From Anaerolineae bacterium (GTDB lineage Bacteria > Chloroflexota > Anaerolineae > Epilineales > JAHCIE01), in the NCBI GenBank assembly GCA_046328505.1, contig JAXLWL010000003.1, forward strand, positions 466,181 through 530,180: a stretch of DNA of 64,000 nt. The letters are read 5' to 3'. How positions within the stretch are numbered: the first letter of the stretch is position 1; each line of letters begins with the position of its first letter. A model generated the notes under the pieces. It made no database searches. It was not told the DNA's origin and saw only the letters and a program-made list of their open reading frames with translations. The position numbers and the translations under genes are program-made. Below, piece after piece: positions 42,356-52,435 of the stretch.

Positions 42356-44605
42356 ATGACCCTCGCTAGCGCGGGCATGAATGACCCTATCAGCGCCCTC
42401 ATCGCCCAGGAGCTCGATCTGGGCGCGGGCCAGGTCGCGCGCACGATTGCGCTCCTGGACGACGACAACACCGTCCCCTTTATCGCCCGCTACCGAAAAG
42501 AAGTGACCGAGGGCCTCGACGAGGAGCAGATTCGCGCCATCGAGCGCCGCCGCACCTATCTGCGCCAGCTCGCCGAGCGCAAGGCCGCCGTCCTGGCCTC
42601 CATCCAGGAGCAGGGCAAGCTCACCGACGAGCTGCGCGGCGAGATCACGGCGGCCACCACTCTCCAGGCCGTCGAGGACCTGTATCTCCCGTACAAGCCG
42701 AAGCGGCGCACGCGCGCCATGATCGCCCGCGAGCACGGCCTCCAGCCTCTCGCCGACCGCATCCGCGAACTGCTCGCCGCGCCGCCGAAGGACCTGGGCA
42801 AGCCGGGCGGGCCAGACCTGGCGGCCCTGGCGGCCGAATACCTCGGTGAGAACGTTGCCGACATTGATTCAGCGCTTCAGGGCGCGCGCGACATCATCGC
42901 CGAGGAAGTGTCGGAGGACGCGACGGTGCGCGCCGAAACGCGCAACCTCACGTCCGGCGCCGGCCGCCTCAGCGTGACCCTGGCTGACGCGAGCCTGGAC
43001 CCGACCAAGAAATACGAGCTATACTACGATTACAGCGAGGCCATCGAGGCCGTCCCGCCACACCGCTGGCTCGCCATCAACCGCGGCGAGCGCGAGGGCG
43101 TGCTGCGGGTCCATGTCGACGCTCCGACCGAGCGCATTATGCCGCTGCTCGAAGCGCGGGCCGGGCTCGGTCGCGCCCTTTCGCCGGCCGCCGCGCCTTT
43201 CGCCGCCCAGGTGCGCGAGGCGGTTCAGGATGGCTACAAGCGGCTGCTCGCGCCGGCCATCGAGCGCGAGGTGCGCGGCGACCGCACGGACGACGCCGAC
43301 AGCCACGCCGTCCAGATCTTCGCCGCGAACCTGCGCGCCCTTCTCCTCCAGCCGCCCCTGTCCGGCCGCGTCCTCATCGGCGTCGATCCGGGCATCCGCA
43401 CCGGCTGCAAGCTGGCCGTCGTCGACTCGACGGGCAAGGTTCTGACGACGGGCACGATCTACCCCTTCGAGCCACGGAACGACCGGGCGGGCGCGAAGAA
43501 GACTCTGCTCGGCCTGATTCGCCACTTCGGCGCGACAATCATTGCCATCGGCAACGGCACCGCCTCCCGCGAGAGTGAGGCGCTCGTGGCTGAAGTCATC
43601 GGCGAGGCCGGCGGCGGTGTCATGTACGCCATCGTCAACGAGGCCGGCGCCTCGGTCTACTCGGCGTCGCCCCTGGCGCGCAAGGAGATGCCTGACCTGG
43701 ACGTCTCGCTCCGCGGCGCGGTGTCCATCGCCCGCCGACTCCAGGATCCACTCGCCGAGCTTGTCAAGATCGACCCGCAGAGCATCGGCGTCGGCCTCTA
43801 CCAGCATGACGTCGACCAGCGCGAGCTGGCGGCGACGCTAGACGCTGTAGTGGAGTCGTGCGTCAACCTCGTCGGCGTCGACCTCAACACGGCTTCCCCC
43901 GCCCTGCTCAAGTACGTCTCCGGCCTGACGGCGAAGCAGGCCGAAGCCATCGTCGCCCACCGCGACGCCAACGGCCCATTCCGGCAACGCCGCGACTTGC
44001 TCAAGGTCAAGAGCGTCGGGCCGAAGGCGTTCCAACAGGCGGCGGGTTTCCTCAAGCTCCCGGACGGCGCCAACCCGCTCGAAAACACGCCCATCCACCC
44101 CGAGACCTATCCCGCCGTCGAGCGTCTGTTCGCCCTGATGGATGTGACGGGCCGCGAGAAGGACCTGCCCGCCCGCGTCCGCGCCTTCCGACAGCGCACG
44201 GGGCGTGAGATGGGCGGCCTCACCGCGCTCGCCGCGCTCCTTGAGATTGGCGAGCCGACACTGGCCGATATCCTGGACAGCCTCGAACGCCCCGGCCGTG
44301 ACCCGCGCGAGGACGCGCCGCCGATCATCCTGCGCCAGGACGTGCTCTCCCTCGACGACCTCAAGGAGGGCATGGTGCTGAAAGGCACCGTCCGCAACGT
44401 CGTCGACTTCGGCGTGTTTGTGGATATCGGCGTCAAGCAAGACGGCCTGGTACATATCTCCGAGATGGCCGACCGCCGCGTGCGCCACCCACTGGATGTG
44501 GCGCAGGTGGGAGATATTGTCCGCGTGCGCGTATTGAAAGTAGACAAAGAACGCGGACGTATCGGTCTGAGCATGAAGGGTATGGCAGGCGATGGGGATT
44601 ATTAG
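42356..44605 (+). CDS. tex: transcription accessory protein Tex (YqgF/HhH/S1 domains)
   Basis: 749 aa; Tex N-terminal helical region, HhH, and C-terminal S1 domain GMVLKGTVRNVVDFGVFVDIGVKQDGLVHISEM. Confidence 0.9.
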   Translation: MTLASAGMNDPISALIAQELDLGAGQVARTIALLDDDNTVPFIARYRKEVTEGLDEEQIRAIERRRTYLRQLAERKAAVLASIQEQGKLTDELRGEITAATTLQAVEDLYLPYKPKRRTRAMIAREHGLQPLADRIRELLAAPPKDLGKPGGPDLAALAAEYLGENVADIDSALQGARDIIAEEVSEDATVRAETRNLTSGAGRLSVTLADASLDPTKKYELYYDYSEAIEAVPPHRWLAINRGEREGVLRVHVDAPTERIMPLLEARAGLGRALSPAAAPFAAQVREAVQDGYKRLLAPAIEREVRGDRTDDADSHAVQIFAANLRALLLQPPLSGRVLIGVDPGIRTGCKLAVVDSTGKVLTTGTIYPFEPRNDRAGAKKTLLGLIRHFGATIIAIGNGTASRESEALVAEVIGEAGGGVMYAIVNEAGASVYSASPLARKEMPDLDVSLRGAVSIARRLQDPLAELVKIDPQSIGVGLYQHDVDQRELAATLDAVVESCVNLVGVDLNTASPALLKYVSGLTAKQAEAIVAHRDANGPFRQRRDLLKVKSVGPKAFQQAAGFLKLPDGANPLENTPIHPETYPAVERLFALMDVTGREKDLPARVRAFRQRTGREMGGLTALAALLEIGEPTLADILDSLERPGRDPREDAPPIILRQDVLSLDDLKEGMVLKGTVRNVVDFGVFVDIGVKQDGLVHISEMADRRVRHPLDVAQVGDIVRVRVLKVDKERGRIGLSMKGMAGDGDY

Positions 44606-45125
44606 GCGCTTCTTCGAGTGGACGTGGGAGTCGCGAACCCACGCTATCCTCGGCATCGTCGGATGCGTGCTGGTCGCGTGCATGGGGCTCAACATGATGG
44701 TGGGAGCGTTGGCCGCCCCGGCCACGCGCACCGGGTCCTCGACCAGCGGGCCGGTGAGCAGCGGCGGGAATTACAACGCCGGCCCCGTTGGTATCCCACC
44801 CATCATCGTGTTACCCGGCGGCGGAAGTCGGAGTGGGCCATCGGCTCCAGCGCCGAGCACGTCGAACAATCCGGCACCCTCGCGCCCGTCCGACGCAGGC
44901 TCGTGGGGAAGCTCGAACAGTTCGAGCAGCAGTGGCAAGTCCGACTCCAGCTCGTGGGGCACCTCCAAGAGCTCCAGCAGCAGCAGCAGCAAGTCTGACT
45001 CCGGTTCATGGGGCAGCTCGAAAAGCTCCAGCAGCAGCAGCAAGTCCGACTCTGGCTCGTGGGGCAGCTCCAAGAGCTCCTCTAGCTCGTCGAAGTCGTC
45101 GTCTTCCAGCCGCTCCAAGCGGTAG
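44592..45125 (+). CDS. membrane-anchored Ser-rich repeat protein
   Basis: N-terminal TM ILGIVGCVLVACMGLNMMVGALAA; 3.5 tandem copies of KSDSGSWGSSKSSSSSS (54-nt DNA repeat); overlaps the tex 3' end by 14 nt. Confidence 0.5.
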   Translation: MGIIRRFFEWTWESRTHAILGIVGCVLVACMGLNMMVGALAAPATRTGSSTSGPVSSGGNYNAGPVGIPPIIVLPGGGSRSGPSAPAPSTSNNPAPSRPSDAGSWGSSNSSSSSGKSDSSSWGTSKSSSSSSSKSDSGSWGSSKSSSSSSKSDSGSWGSSKSSSSSSKSSSSSRSKR

Positions 45126-45139
45126 GAAAGGACAAGCCG

Positions 45140-45258
45140 GTCATTGCGAGCGTCAGCGAAGCAATCTCTCGCCCTTGCGAAGGGCGGCCTAAGCAGCAGC
45201 ATATCTTTTGCCCACCGAGAGATTGCTTCGTCCTCCTGTCGTCGTCCTCGCAATGACC
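45140..45258. repeat. family-1 palindromic repeat unit
   Basis: gtcattgcgagcgtcagcgaagcaatc ... gattgcttcgtc ... ctcgcaatgac. Confidence 0.8.
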
Positions 45259-45277
45259 GTAATACGGATACATCACC

Positions 45278-46060
45278 ATGAACTTCTTCTTCGGCCTCTG
45301 TCTCGTGATCGTCGCCATCATCGTCGCGGTAGCAATCTGGTCCGGCTACAAGCGCAATCAGCGAAAGGCGGAAGGCGGCGCGCCGGAAAGCGTGGCGCCT
45401 GGCCCTGCCTCGACGCGCGACCCGGCGACGCAGGCCAGGCGCATGCTCGACCGACTCATCGCGGTGCAGCCTGGCCAGACGATCGTGACCGCGATGGACG
45501 AGTACTACCTCGTGCGGGGCCGCGTCGACCTCAGGGAGCTGGCGCAGTACGGCGGCTCCGACCAGTGGACACCGACCGGGCGCGAGCTTGTCTTGATCGA
45601 GACCCAGGGCGAGAGCAACGACAACGCCGCCTTCGCGTATCTGCCGTCGGCCGAGGGCGGGGCGCTGGAGCTCTTCAAGATGGCCGCGCAGAACCCCGCC
45701 GGCTGGAACCAGATTCTCGCCGGCACCGATGACAAGCCCGGCCCGGCGCGCGCCTTCGCCGATCTCGACCAGCGCCAGGACCTCCAGGGCGCCGAGCTGG
45801 AGAGCATCCGGTTCAAGGCGTTTAACACGACGTGGCAGATGGCCGACATCGGCCAGGCCGCCTACACAGCGCGGGGAACGGCCTTCCTGTCCGGTCAGGG
45901 CGAGGTTCGCTTCGCGACGGCCCAGGAAGTAGACGGATCGCAGCGCCTGCTGTTCATCAACCTTCTGCGCGGCGACTCCGCCTCCGAGGACGGCCTGTTC
46001 GTCGGTGGAGAATATCCGATCGATATGCTGAAGGATATCACGCCCGCGGCGCGAGCGTGA
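45278..46060 (+). CDS. hypothetical protein with N-terminal membrane anchor
   Basis: MNFFFGLCLVIVAIIVAVAIW TM; high GC3; the overlapping minus-strand 461-aa ORF is Arg-rich antisense noise. Confidence 0.6.
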   Translation: MNFFFGLCLVIVAIIVAVAIWSGYKRNQRKAEGGAPESVAPGPASTRDPATQARRMLDRLIAVQPGQTIVTAMDEYYLVRGRVDLRELAQYGGSDQWTPTGRELVLIETQGESNDNAAFAYLPSAEGGALELFKMAAQNPAGWNQILAGTDDKPGPARAFADLDQRQDLQGAELESIRFKAFNTTWQMADIGQAAYTARGTAFLSGQGEVRFATAQEVDGSQRLLFINLLRGDSASEDGLFVGGEYPIDMLKDITPAARA

Positions 46061-46148
46061 CGCCGCGCGCTGCCGTCCCGGCGGCGTCCTAGCGCCTCCA
46101 GGTCGCGTTCTAACCACGGAATACACGGAACACAGGGAAAGTTGAACC

Positions 46149-46469
46149 ATGCGCAATTATCGAATCGCTCTCGGCATCGGCGCTGGCCTCATGATCATCC
46201 TTCTCATCGTCGGTATTCTCCAGGACCCGGCTGCGTTCCTGGCCGACGCCGCGCGCATTCCCCAGGCGTGGGCATCCCTGGCGCTCTGGCTGGCGGTCTC
46301 AGTGCTCGTCTTCTGGCTCGCCGCGGAGGCCCTGACGCGCCTGCTGGTCGGCAAAGGGCTGGCCCAGATGCGAGCGGACGGCGACCCGCAGTTCGAGCAG
46401 AACCTTGTGCTCGCCGGATTGATTACCCTGGCTATCCTACTCCTCGTCGCCCAGGGCCGCGTCCCCTGA
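46149..46469 (+). CDS. small membrane protein (3 TM)
   Basis: 106 aa, hydrophobic, good GC3, weak RBS. Confidence 0.5.
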   Translation: MRNYRIALGIGAGLMIILLIVGILQDPAAFLADAARIPQAWASLALWLAVSVLVFWLAAEALTRLLVGKGLAQMRADGDPQFEQNLVLAGLITLAILLLVAQGRVP

Positions 46470-46952
46470 GGACGCCTTGCCGCTCACCAGCGGCAGGTAG
46501 ATGCGGTATCCGGGCGCGAGCGCGAAATCGCGCGCAGGATGCTGCCGCAGGTCGTCTGTCGTGTAGGTATGCTCGAACGGTAGGTAGCCCGCGGCTGAAA
46601 CCTTCAGGGGCGCCAACCCGCAGGGGAAGTAGAACCCCGGCAGGAACAGACTGTACCGCCCATCTGCGTCGGTCGTGGCCGAGTAGGCGCGTGGGAAGCA
46701 CGAGGTGACCAACACAGTGGCGTCAGGAATGCCCAATCCGGTGCTGGCGTCGGTGACCTGGCCGGTGAGTGTGATGTCGGCGGGCGTCGGTGTGAGAGTT
46801 GGCGTTGACGTTGTGTCGGGTGTCGAGGTAGTGGAAGGAGAGGGTGTCGCGTCAGATGGGGTGGATAACGGTTGGCCAGATGCGAACGTCCCAAACAGCA
46901 GGAATGCCGCCACGACGCAGAGGCCAACGATCAACGGTTTCTGCCAGTTCAT
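46437..46952 (-). CDS. small secreted protein: TP/SP-rich linker, CarbopepD_reg-like domain, C-terminal YLPLVSGK tail
   Basis: ATG 46952 with GGAGGG; signal peptide; GQVTDASTGLGIPDATVLV...DADGRYSLF; ends ...YRIYLPLVSGKASSGDAALGDEE. Confidence 0.7.
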   Translation of the reverse strand: MNWQKPLIVGLCVVAAFLLFGTFASGQPLSTPSDATPSPSTTSTPDTTSTPTLTPTPADITLTGQVTDASTGLGIPDATVLVTSCFPRAYSATTDADGRYSLFLPGFYFPCGLAPLKVSAAGYLPFEHTYTTDDLRQHPARDFALAPGYRIYLPLVSGKASSGDAALGDEE

Positions 46953-47082
46953 AGGCCCTCCTCGGCCCACCCCCCGCACAGAACCTCCCGTGTTCTATCA
47001 GGTTCGCCCCCCTCCATTGTTATACCACATTTCGGGCTACAAAGTGGCGCCAAAACAGAGCAAGATCGTGAGGTCTGCTGTG

Positions 47083-47124
47083 CGCAAAAAGAAGCCGGCT
47101 GCTTCCTGAGGAGAGCAGCCGGCA
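47083..47124 (-). terminator. rho-independent terminator after the META-domain lipoprotein gene
   Basis: minus-strand stem gccggctgc/gcagccggc followed by TTCTTTTTG. Confidence 0.65.
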
Positions 47125-47147
47125 GAATTTCTACGCGCGACCGAGGG

Positions 47148-48269
47148 TTACTTCGAGGCCTTGTAGTCGGCCAGGAGCGCGCCGGTGGCGTCGCGCAGCT
47201 CCAGCGTATCGTCGCGGATCGTGTACGTCGAGGCGTTGGGCAGCGCGGCCAGGTAAGCAGCTTCCTGCGCCATGACGGCCTGCGCGCAGGCTTTCTTGGT
47301 TGAGGCCGGCGGCTCGATCTGGATGTTCGTGCCTGTCGTCTGGTAGCCGGCGTTGTAGGAGTTGCAGCCGGCCGAGCCGGTGAGCTTGCCATCGGTGCCG
47401 AAGATAGCGGTAATCTCGGTGCCGGCGGCTACTGACTGCACAGCGTTCTTGCCGTTGTTGTAGCCGATCGCTACCCAGCGGGTCGTCGTCAGAGACACCG
47501 GCTGGCTGACCTGGTACTTCAGCGTGGTCTTGCCCGCGTTGTTCATCAGCTCCAGGGTATCGCCCGTAATCTTGAACGTGGCGGCGGCCTGCAGCGCCTT
47601 GAAGTAGGCCTGCTCCAGCGTCATGATGGGTTGCGCGCACGCCTTCATGGTGGCGGCTACCTCGCTAATCATGATCTGGTTGCCATTGACGCTGTACGAC
47701 CCGAAGTAGTTGTTGCAGCCCGCGTTGCCTGAGACCTGGCCGTTGTTGAATTCCAGGGTGGTGCGCGTGTTGGCGGGAACGTTGGTCAACGCACCCTGAG
47801 CGTTGGCGAAGGCGGTGAGCTTCCAGAGCTGGCCTTCGAGGCCGCCCGCGCCGCCCGAGGGCTGCTGAGCGCCACCGGCTCCTCCCGCCGCGCCACCGGC
47901 CGCGCCGGCAGCGCCCGTCGGCTGCGCTTGAGGCACGGCAGTCGCCTGGGCCTTAGCCGCGGCTGTCGGCTGGGCCTGCGCCGCCGCTGGCTGAGTCGCT
48001 GCCGCCTTGGGCGCGGCCTGAGGCGTCGTAGCCGCCTTCGGCGCCGCGGGCAGCGCCGCCGTCGCGCGTGGAGCGCTGCTGGCAGCGCCCGTCGCGGCCG
48101 GTGTCGCAGCGGCAGGGCGGGACGCTACCGCCGTGCCGGTCGGCTGCACAGAGGCGCCGGGTAGCACCTGGCGCAGCTGGCTACAGGCTGAGATGGCCAC
48201 CGCGACGGCGACCAGCATCAGGGACAGCCATAGCAGGCGTCCGATCTTCGTGCGAGATTTCGGGGTCAT
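47148..48269 (-). CDS. lipoprotein with Ala/Pro-rich linker and two META (HslJ-like, DUF306) domains
   Basis: ATG 48269 with GGAGGA; lipobox AISAC; two blocks GNAGCNNYFGSY...ACAQ / GSAGCNSYNAGY...ACAQ. Confidence 0.8.
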   Translation of the reverse strand: MTPKSRTKIGRLLWLSLMLVAVAVAISACSQLRQVLPGASVQPTGTAVASRPAAATPAATGAASSAPRATAALPAAPKAATTPQAAPKAAATQPAAAQAQPTAAAKAQATAVPQAQPTGAAGAAGGAAGGAGGAQQPSGGAGGLEGQLWKLTAFANAQGALTNVPANTRTTLEFNNGQVSGNAGCNNYFGSYSVNGNQIMISEVAATMKACAQPIMTLEQAYFKALQAAATFKITGDTLELMNNAGKTTLKYQVSQPVSLTTTRWVAIGYNNGKNAVQSVAAGTEITAIFGTDGKLTGSAGCNSYNAGYQTTGTNIQIEPPASTKKACAQAVMAQEAAYLAALPNASTYTIRDDTLELRDATGALLADYKASK

Positions 48270-48434
48270 GAGTCCTCCATAAATGATGTGATAAAGACGG
48301 CGATGCAATAAGATCTGTGCGACAGCGGCGAGAGTTCCTTCGCCGAAGGAGACGCCGCTAATGATAGCACTCTCAGTATATCACACTTTCCAATAACGCG
48401 CAACACATAACAACACATAGCAACCTTAAATTCC

Positions 48435-48463
48435 TTGGTAGGAGTCGATAACTTCCCTATAAT
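48435..48463 (+). promoter_or_regulatory. sigma70-like promoter (TTGGTA-17-TATAAT) for the TolB-like lipoprotein gene
   Basis: ttggtaggagtcgataacttccctataat. Confidence 0.5.
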
Positions 48464-48496
48464 TTGCGCGATTGGCCTCGGAGAAGGAGAAAGACT

Positions 48497-49696
48497 GTGC
48501 GCACCCTCGTGATCGTTGCGGCGTTGGCCCTGGTCCTGGCTGCCTGTCAGTCCACCGGGCCTACGCCCCCCAGCTCCATCGCCGTGGCGGGCGCCGCGAC
48601 ACCTGTCGGGGTGGGTCTGAACCCCACGCCGACAAACCCACCGGCGCCGACAAACCCGCCCGCGCCAACCAACGCCCCCACCCAGACACCTCGCCCCACG
48701 CCGACCACCCCGCCGACGCCGTCGCCTACCCCGCCGCCTCGCCCACGACAGATTACCGAGGGTGGCTGCTGCATCGCGCCGTCGTGGTCGCCGGACGGGA
48801 GTAAGGTCATCTACCTCGACAAGCCCTCCGCCGACGCCGACACCGCGTACTACAGCGTGGACGTCACGAAGCCAGGCGCGAAGCCCGAGGTGTTTGAGTC
48901 GCGTGTCGCCCAATGGACGGGCGACTTCAAGTACGTTGTCACGCGTGGCGACGGGGTCGCCACCGTGGAGCAGCCTGCTGATGGGAAGACGTGGCGCATC
49001 AACACCGGGCGATGCAGCACGATTGCGCCGACTGGCTGCCAGGTCAGCCTCTCGCCCGACCGCCAGCAGGTCGTCTGGTCCATTACCGCCGAAGCGACCG
49101 GCCCCTTCGAGAACCGCCACACCCAGGTACGTCTCGCCAACATCGACGGCAGCAACGTTCGCACAATCGCCAGCCTGCTCAGCACGCGGGCCGGCGCATC
49201 GTGGTTCCCCGACGGCCGCCGCTTGCTCGTCAGCGGGCGTCCCGACACCACGACACAGGACATCGCCTTCTGGGTGCTCGACCTGGCCGATGGCTCGATG
49301 AAGGAGATTCTGCGTGGCGAGCGCATCAACCGTGGCGCGCTCTCGCCCGACGGCCAGTGGCTGTTCTACAGTATCGTCCTTGACGATAACCCCGAGCGCA
49401 ACGGCCTGTGGATTATCCGCACTGACGGAACCGACCAACGCAAGCTGCCCTTCTTCGGCCCATCCGCCTGGCGCAGCAACAACAAACTGGTCTACATTCC
49501 GTTCCAGCCTGAAACCACGAGCCACAGCGTGTGGGAGTATGACGTCGACACGAACACGACACGCGCGCTCACGGATCCGAAGACAACGCCGTTCAAGATC
49601 TCCTTCGGGGATTGGGCCTTGTCGCCGGACGGCAATCGCATCGTGTACATGTCGGCCGAAGACCACAACCTGTATGTCCTGGATCTTCCATCCTGA
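48497..49696 (+). CDS. TolB-like beta-propeller lipoprotein with N-terminal Pro/Thr-rich linker
   Basis: GTG 48497 with GAAGGAGA RBS; lipobox LAAC; PTNPPAPTNPPAPTN linker; repeated SPDG propeller blades. Confidence 0.8.
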   Translation: MRTLVIVAALALVLAACQSTGPTPPSSIAVAGAATPVGVGLNPTPTNPPAPTNPPAPTNAPTQTPRPTPTTPPTPSPTPPPRPRQITEGGCCIAPSWSPDGSKVIYLDKPSADADTAYYSVDVTKPGAKPEVFESRVAQWTGDFKYVVTRGDGVATVEQPADGKTWRINTGRCSTIAPTGCQVSLSPDRQQVVWSITAEATGPFENRHTQVRLANIDGSNVRTIASLLSTRAGASWFPDGRRLLVSGRPDTTTQDIAFWVLDLADGSMKEILRGERINRGALSPDGQWLFYSIVLDDNPERNGLWIIRTDGTDQRKLPFFGPSAWRSNNKLVYIPFQPETTSHSVWEYDVDTNTTRALTDPKTTPFKISFGDWALSPDGNRIVYMSAEDHNLYVLDLPS

Positions 49697-49704
49697 GGAA
49701 TCAT

Positions 49705-49956
49705 ATGTCCGAAACCATTGCCGTTGAAGCGCGGCTCGAAGCCGACGGCAGCGTCACCCCGGTGCGTGTCACCTGGCGCGGGCGGCAGCAGGCCGTCAGC
49801 GATGTCGGCCGCGCGTGGGTCGAGACCCGCGACAGCGTCCCCTACCGCCATGTCCTGGTCATGCTGCCTAACGGCGACCGGCTGGAGCTGGCGCTCAATC
49901 AACATACGCTCGCCTGGGAGCTAGTCCAGAGCTGGACGACTCCGACGACCGGCTGA
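49705..49956 (+). CDS. small hypothetical protein (83 aa)
   Basis: ATG 49705 with GAGGAA RBS 5 nt upstream; good GC3; immediately follows the TolB-like gene. Confidence 0.45.
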   Translation: MSETIAVEARLEADGSVTPVRVTWRGRQQAVSDVGRAWVETRDSVPYRHVLVMLPNGDRLELALNQHTLAWELVQSWTTPTTG

Positions 49957-49967
49957 TATACAATACT

Positions 49968-50044
49968 GTCTCAATTGTCATGCTGAGCAAAGCAGAGCAT
50001 CCCGGCTCGGACGGGGACTCTTCTCTTCGCTCAGAGCGACATGG
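49968..50044. repeat. diverged/truncated family-1-like palindromic unit
   Basis: gtcatgctgagcaaagcagagcatcc ... tcttcgctcagagcgacatg resembles gtcattgcgagcgaagcgaagcaatc ... cttcgctccgctcgcaatgac. Confidence 0.5.
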
Positions 50045-50053
50045 AGTTTTCAG

Positions 50054-52021
50054 ATGACACCCTCTCGCATTGCGCCCTACGGAAGCTGGACATCGCCCAT
50101 TACCGCCTACGTCGCCGGAGCCGCCGCCGCCGTGCGCCGCCTCGGCGACTTTCAAATTGCCGCCGACGGCGGTGACGTCTATTGGACCGAGCCACGGCCC
50201 CACGAGGGCGGCCGCATGGCCCTGGTGCGCCGCCGCGCCAACGGGCGCATCGAGACCGTGACCCCCGATGGGTTCAACATCCGTGATCGGGTGCACGAAT
50301 ACGGCGGCGGCGCCTTTGCCGTATCCGACGGCGTCATCATCTTCTCGAACTTCGCCGACAATCGCCTGTACCGCCAGGAGGGAACTGCGGCGCCCCGCCC
50401 AGTTACGGCGGCCGGTCCGTGGCACTTCGCGGACATGCAGATCGACCGCACGCGGCAGCGCCTCATCTGCATCCGCGAGGACCACTCGACGCCCGGCGAA
50501 GAGTGTTCGAACACGCTCGTCTCCGTTGACTTGGACGGAGATGAGGCCGGCGCCGTCCTGGCATCCGGCGCTGACTTCTACTCGTCCCCGGCGCTCGACT
50601 CGGCCGCGCGCCGCCTCGCCTGGCTGCAGTGGAACCACCCACAAATGCCGTGGACGGAGACCGAACTGTGGCTGGCCGATGTCGCGCCGGATGGGACGCT
50701 CGCGAACGCGCGCCAGATCGCGGGAGGCCACGGCGAGTCCATCCTGCAGCCGCGCTGGCTGGCCGACGGCACACTGGTGTTCATCTCTGACCGCACCGAT
50801 TGGTGGAATCTCTACTGCTGGCGCGATGGCGCGGTCACGCCGCTGCACCCCATCGAGGCCGAGGTGGGCGTGCCGCCGTGGGTGATGGGCGTATCCACCT
50901 ACGCCTCGGTCGGCGCGGACCACATCGCCGCCGCCTACAATCGCCGCGGCATGTGGAGCCTGGGTCTGTTCCCCACCAACGGCGGCCCCTTCACGCCTGT
51001 GGACACGCCCTACACGGAGATCACATCGGTCCACGGCAGCGACGGCCGCGCCGTCTTCGCTGGCGCCGCGCCGGCAATCCCGCCGTCAGTCGTCGTGTTT
51101 GATATTGCCGCGGACCGGCTGGACGTTCTCTACACGGTGGCAGCCCCCGGCATCGATGAGACGTACCTTCCCACACCGGAGCCTGTCGAATTCGCGACCG
51201 ATGGCGGCCGAACAGCACACGCCTTCTTCTATGCCCCCCATAACCCCGGCTTCGCCGCGCCGGAGGGCGAGCGCCCACCGCTCATCGTCATCAGCCACGG
51301 CGGGCCGACCGGAGCCACGACGGCCGTCATGCGGCCCGACATCGCCTTCTGGACGAGCCGCGGCTTCGCCGTCCTCGACGTGAACTATGGGGGAAGCGCG
51401 GGCTTCGGCCGCGCCTACCGCGACCGGCTGAACGGGCAGTGGGGTATCGTGGACGTGGCCGACTGCGCCAACGGCGCGCTGGCGATGGCCGCGCAAGGCC
51501 GCGCGGACCCCGACCGGCTCATCATTCGCGGCGGGAGCGCCGGCGGCTACACCACGCTCGCGGCGCTGACCTTCACCAATGTCTTCAAGGCCGGCGCCAG
51601 CTACTACGGCATCGGCGACCTTGAGGGGCTGGCGCAGGACACGCACAAGTTCGAGTCGCGCTATCTCGATGGCCTGGTCGCGCCGTACCCTGCGGGTCGC
51701 GACGTCTACGTCGAGCGCTCGCCGGTGCACTTCACCGAGCGCCTGTCCTGTCCCGTCATCTTCTTCCAAGGGCTAGACGACAAGGTTGTGCCGCCGAACC
51801 AGGCGGAGGCGATGGTCAAGGCGCTACGGCGGAAAGGGCTGCCGGTCGCCTACCTGGCGTTCGAGGGCGAGGGTCACGGCTTTCGCCGCGCCGATACCAA
51901 CCGCCGCGCCCTGGACGCCGAGCTATACTTCTACGCACACGTCTTCGATATTCCGCTGAGCGAGGACATCGAGGGCGTGGAGATCCAGAATCTCGGGGAC
52001 GGGGCAGGCAGCCGTGGCTGA
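50054..52021 (+). CDS. S9-family serine peptidase (beta-propeller + prolyl-oligopeptidase-like alpha/beta-hydrolase domain)
   Basis: C-terminal PLIVISHGGP... IIRGGSAGGYTTL (GxSxGG) ... catalytic D/H region. Confidence 0.9.
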   Translation: MTPSRIAPYGSWTSPITAYVAGAAAAVRRLGDFQIAADGGDVYWTEPRPHEGGRMALVRRRANGRIETVTPDGFNIRDRVHEYGGGAFAVSDGVIIFSNFADNRLYRQEGTAAPRPVTAAGPWHFADMQIDRTRQRLICIREDHSTPGEECSNTLVSVDLDGDEAGAVLASGADFYSSPALDSAARRLAWLQWNHPQMPWTETELWLADVAPDGTLANARQIAGGHGESILQPRWLADGTLVFISDRTDWWNLYCWRDGAVTPLHPIEAEVGVPPWVMGVSTYASVGADHIAAAYNRRGMWSLGLFPTNGGPFTPVDTPYTEITSVHGSDGRAVFAGAAPAIPPSVVVFDIAADRLDVLYTVAAPGIDETYLPTPEPVEFATDGGRTAHAFFYAPHNPGFAAPEGERPPLIVISHGGPTGATTAVMRPDIAFWTSRGFAVLDVNYGGSAGFGRAYRDRLNGQWGIVDVADCANGALAMAAQGRADPDRLIIRGGSAGGYTTLAALTFTNVFKAGASYYGIGDLEGLAQDTHKFESRYLDGLVAPYPAGRDVYVERSPVHFTERLSCPVIFFQGLDDKVVPPNQAEAMVKALRRKGLPVAYLAFEGEGHGFRRADTNRRALDAELYFYAHVFDIPLSEDIEGVEIQNLGDGAGSRG

Positions 52022-52400
52022 CCAGGGAGACGTGCGGCGCATCTCGCTGGCGCTGCCCGGCACGAGCGAGGCCGAGGACCACTTCGGTTTCTCGGTGCTC
52101 AACAAAGGCAAACAGAAAGGCTTTGTCTGGGCGTGGAACGAGCGCGTCGAGCCGAAGAAGCCGAAGGTACCAAACCCTTTAGTCGTCGCTGTTCGCGTGG
52201 CCGATCAGAATGAGAAGGAATTGCTGCTCTTGTCCGGCGACGAGAAGTTCTTCACCGAACCGCACTACAACGGCTTTCCGGCGGTCCTGGTCCGGCTGCC
52301 GTTGATCGGGGTGGAGGAGTTGCGAGAGCTAATCGAGGACGCGTGGCGCTGCCAGGCGCCAAAATCGCTGGTCGCGGCGTGGGAACAAGGCGAGGGGTGA
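52014..52400 (+). CDS. MmcQ/YjbR-family protein (putative DNA-binding)
   Basis: GTG start overlapping the peptidase stop; ISLALPGTSEAEDHFGFSV resembles the YjbR N-terminal motif. Confidence 0.55.
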   Translation: MADQGDVRRISLALPGTSEAEDHFGFSVLNKGKQKGFVWAWNERVEPKKPKVPNPLVVAVRVADQNEKELLLLSGDEKFFTEPHYNGFPAVLVRLPLIGVEELRELIEDAWRCQAPKSLVAAWEQGEG

Positions 52401-52435
52401 CACTTAGCACACGACGAACCCGGATAAGGTGAGCT

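Noticed and set aside
44771-46156. 461-aa minus-strand ORF spanning the region after tex
   Set aside because: Antisense to three plus-strand genes with proper TM starts and GC3 bias; it also reads straight through a family-1 repeat (EDEAISRWAKD...), so it is an artefact
48266-49666. 466-aa minus-strand ORF
   Set aside because: Antisense to the TolB-like lipoprotein gene; Arg-rich, no RBS
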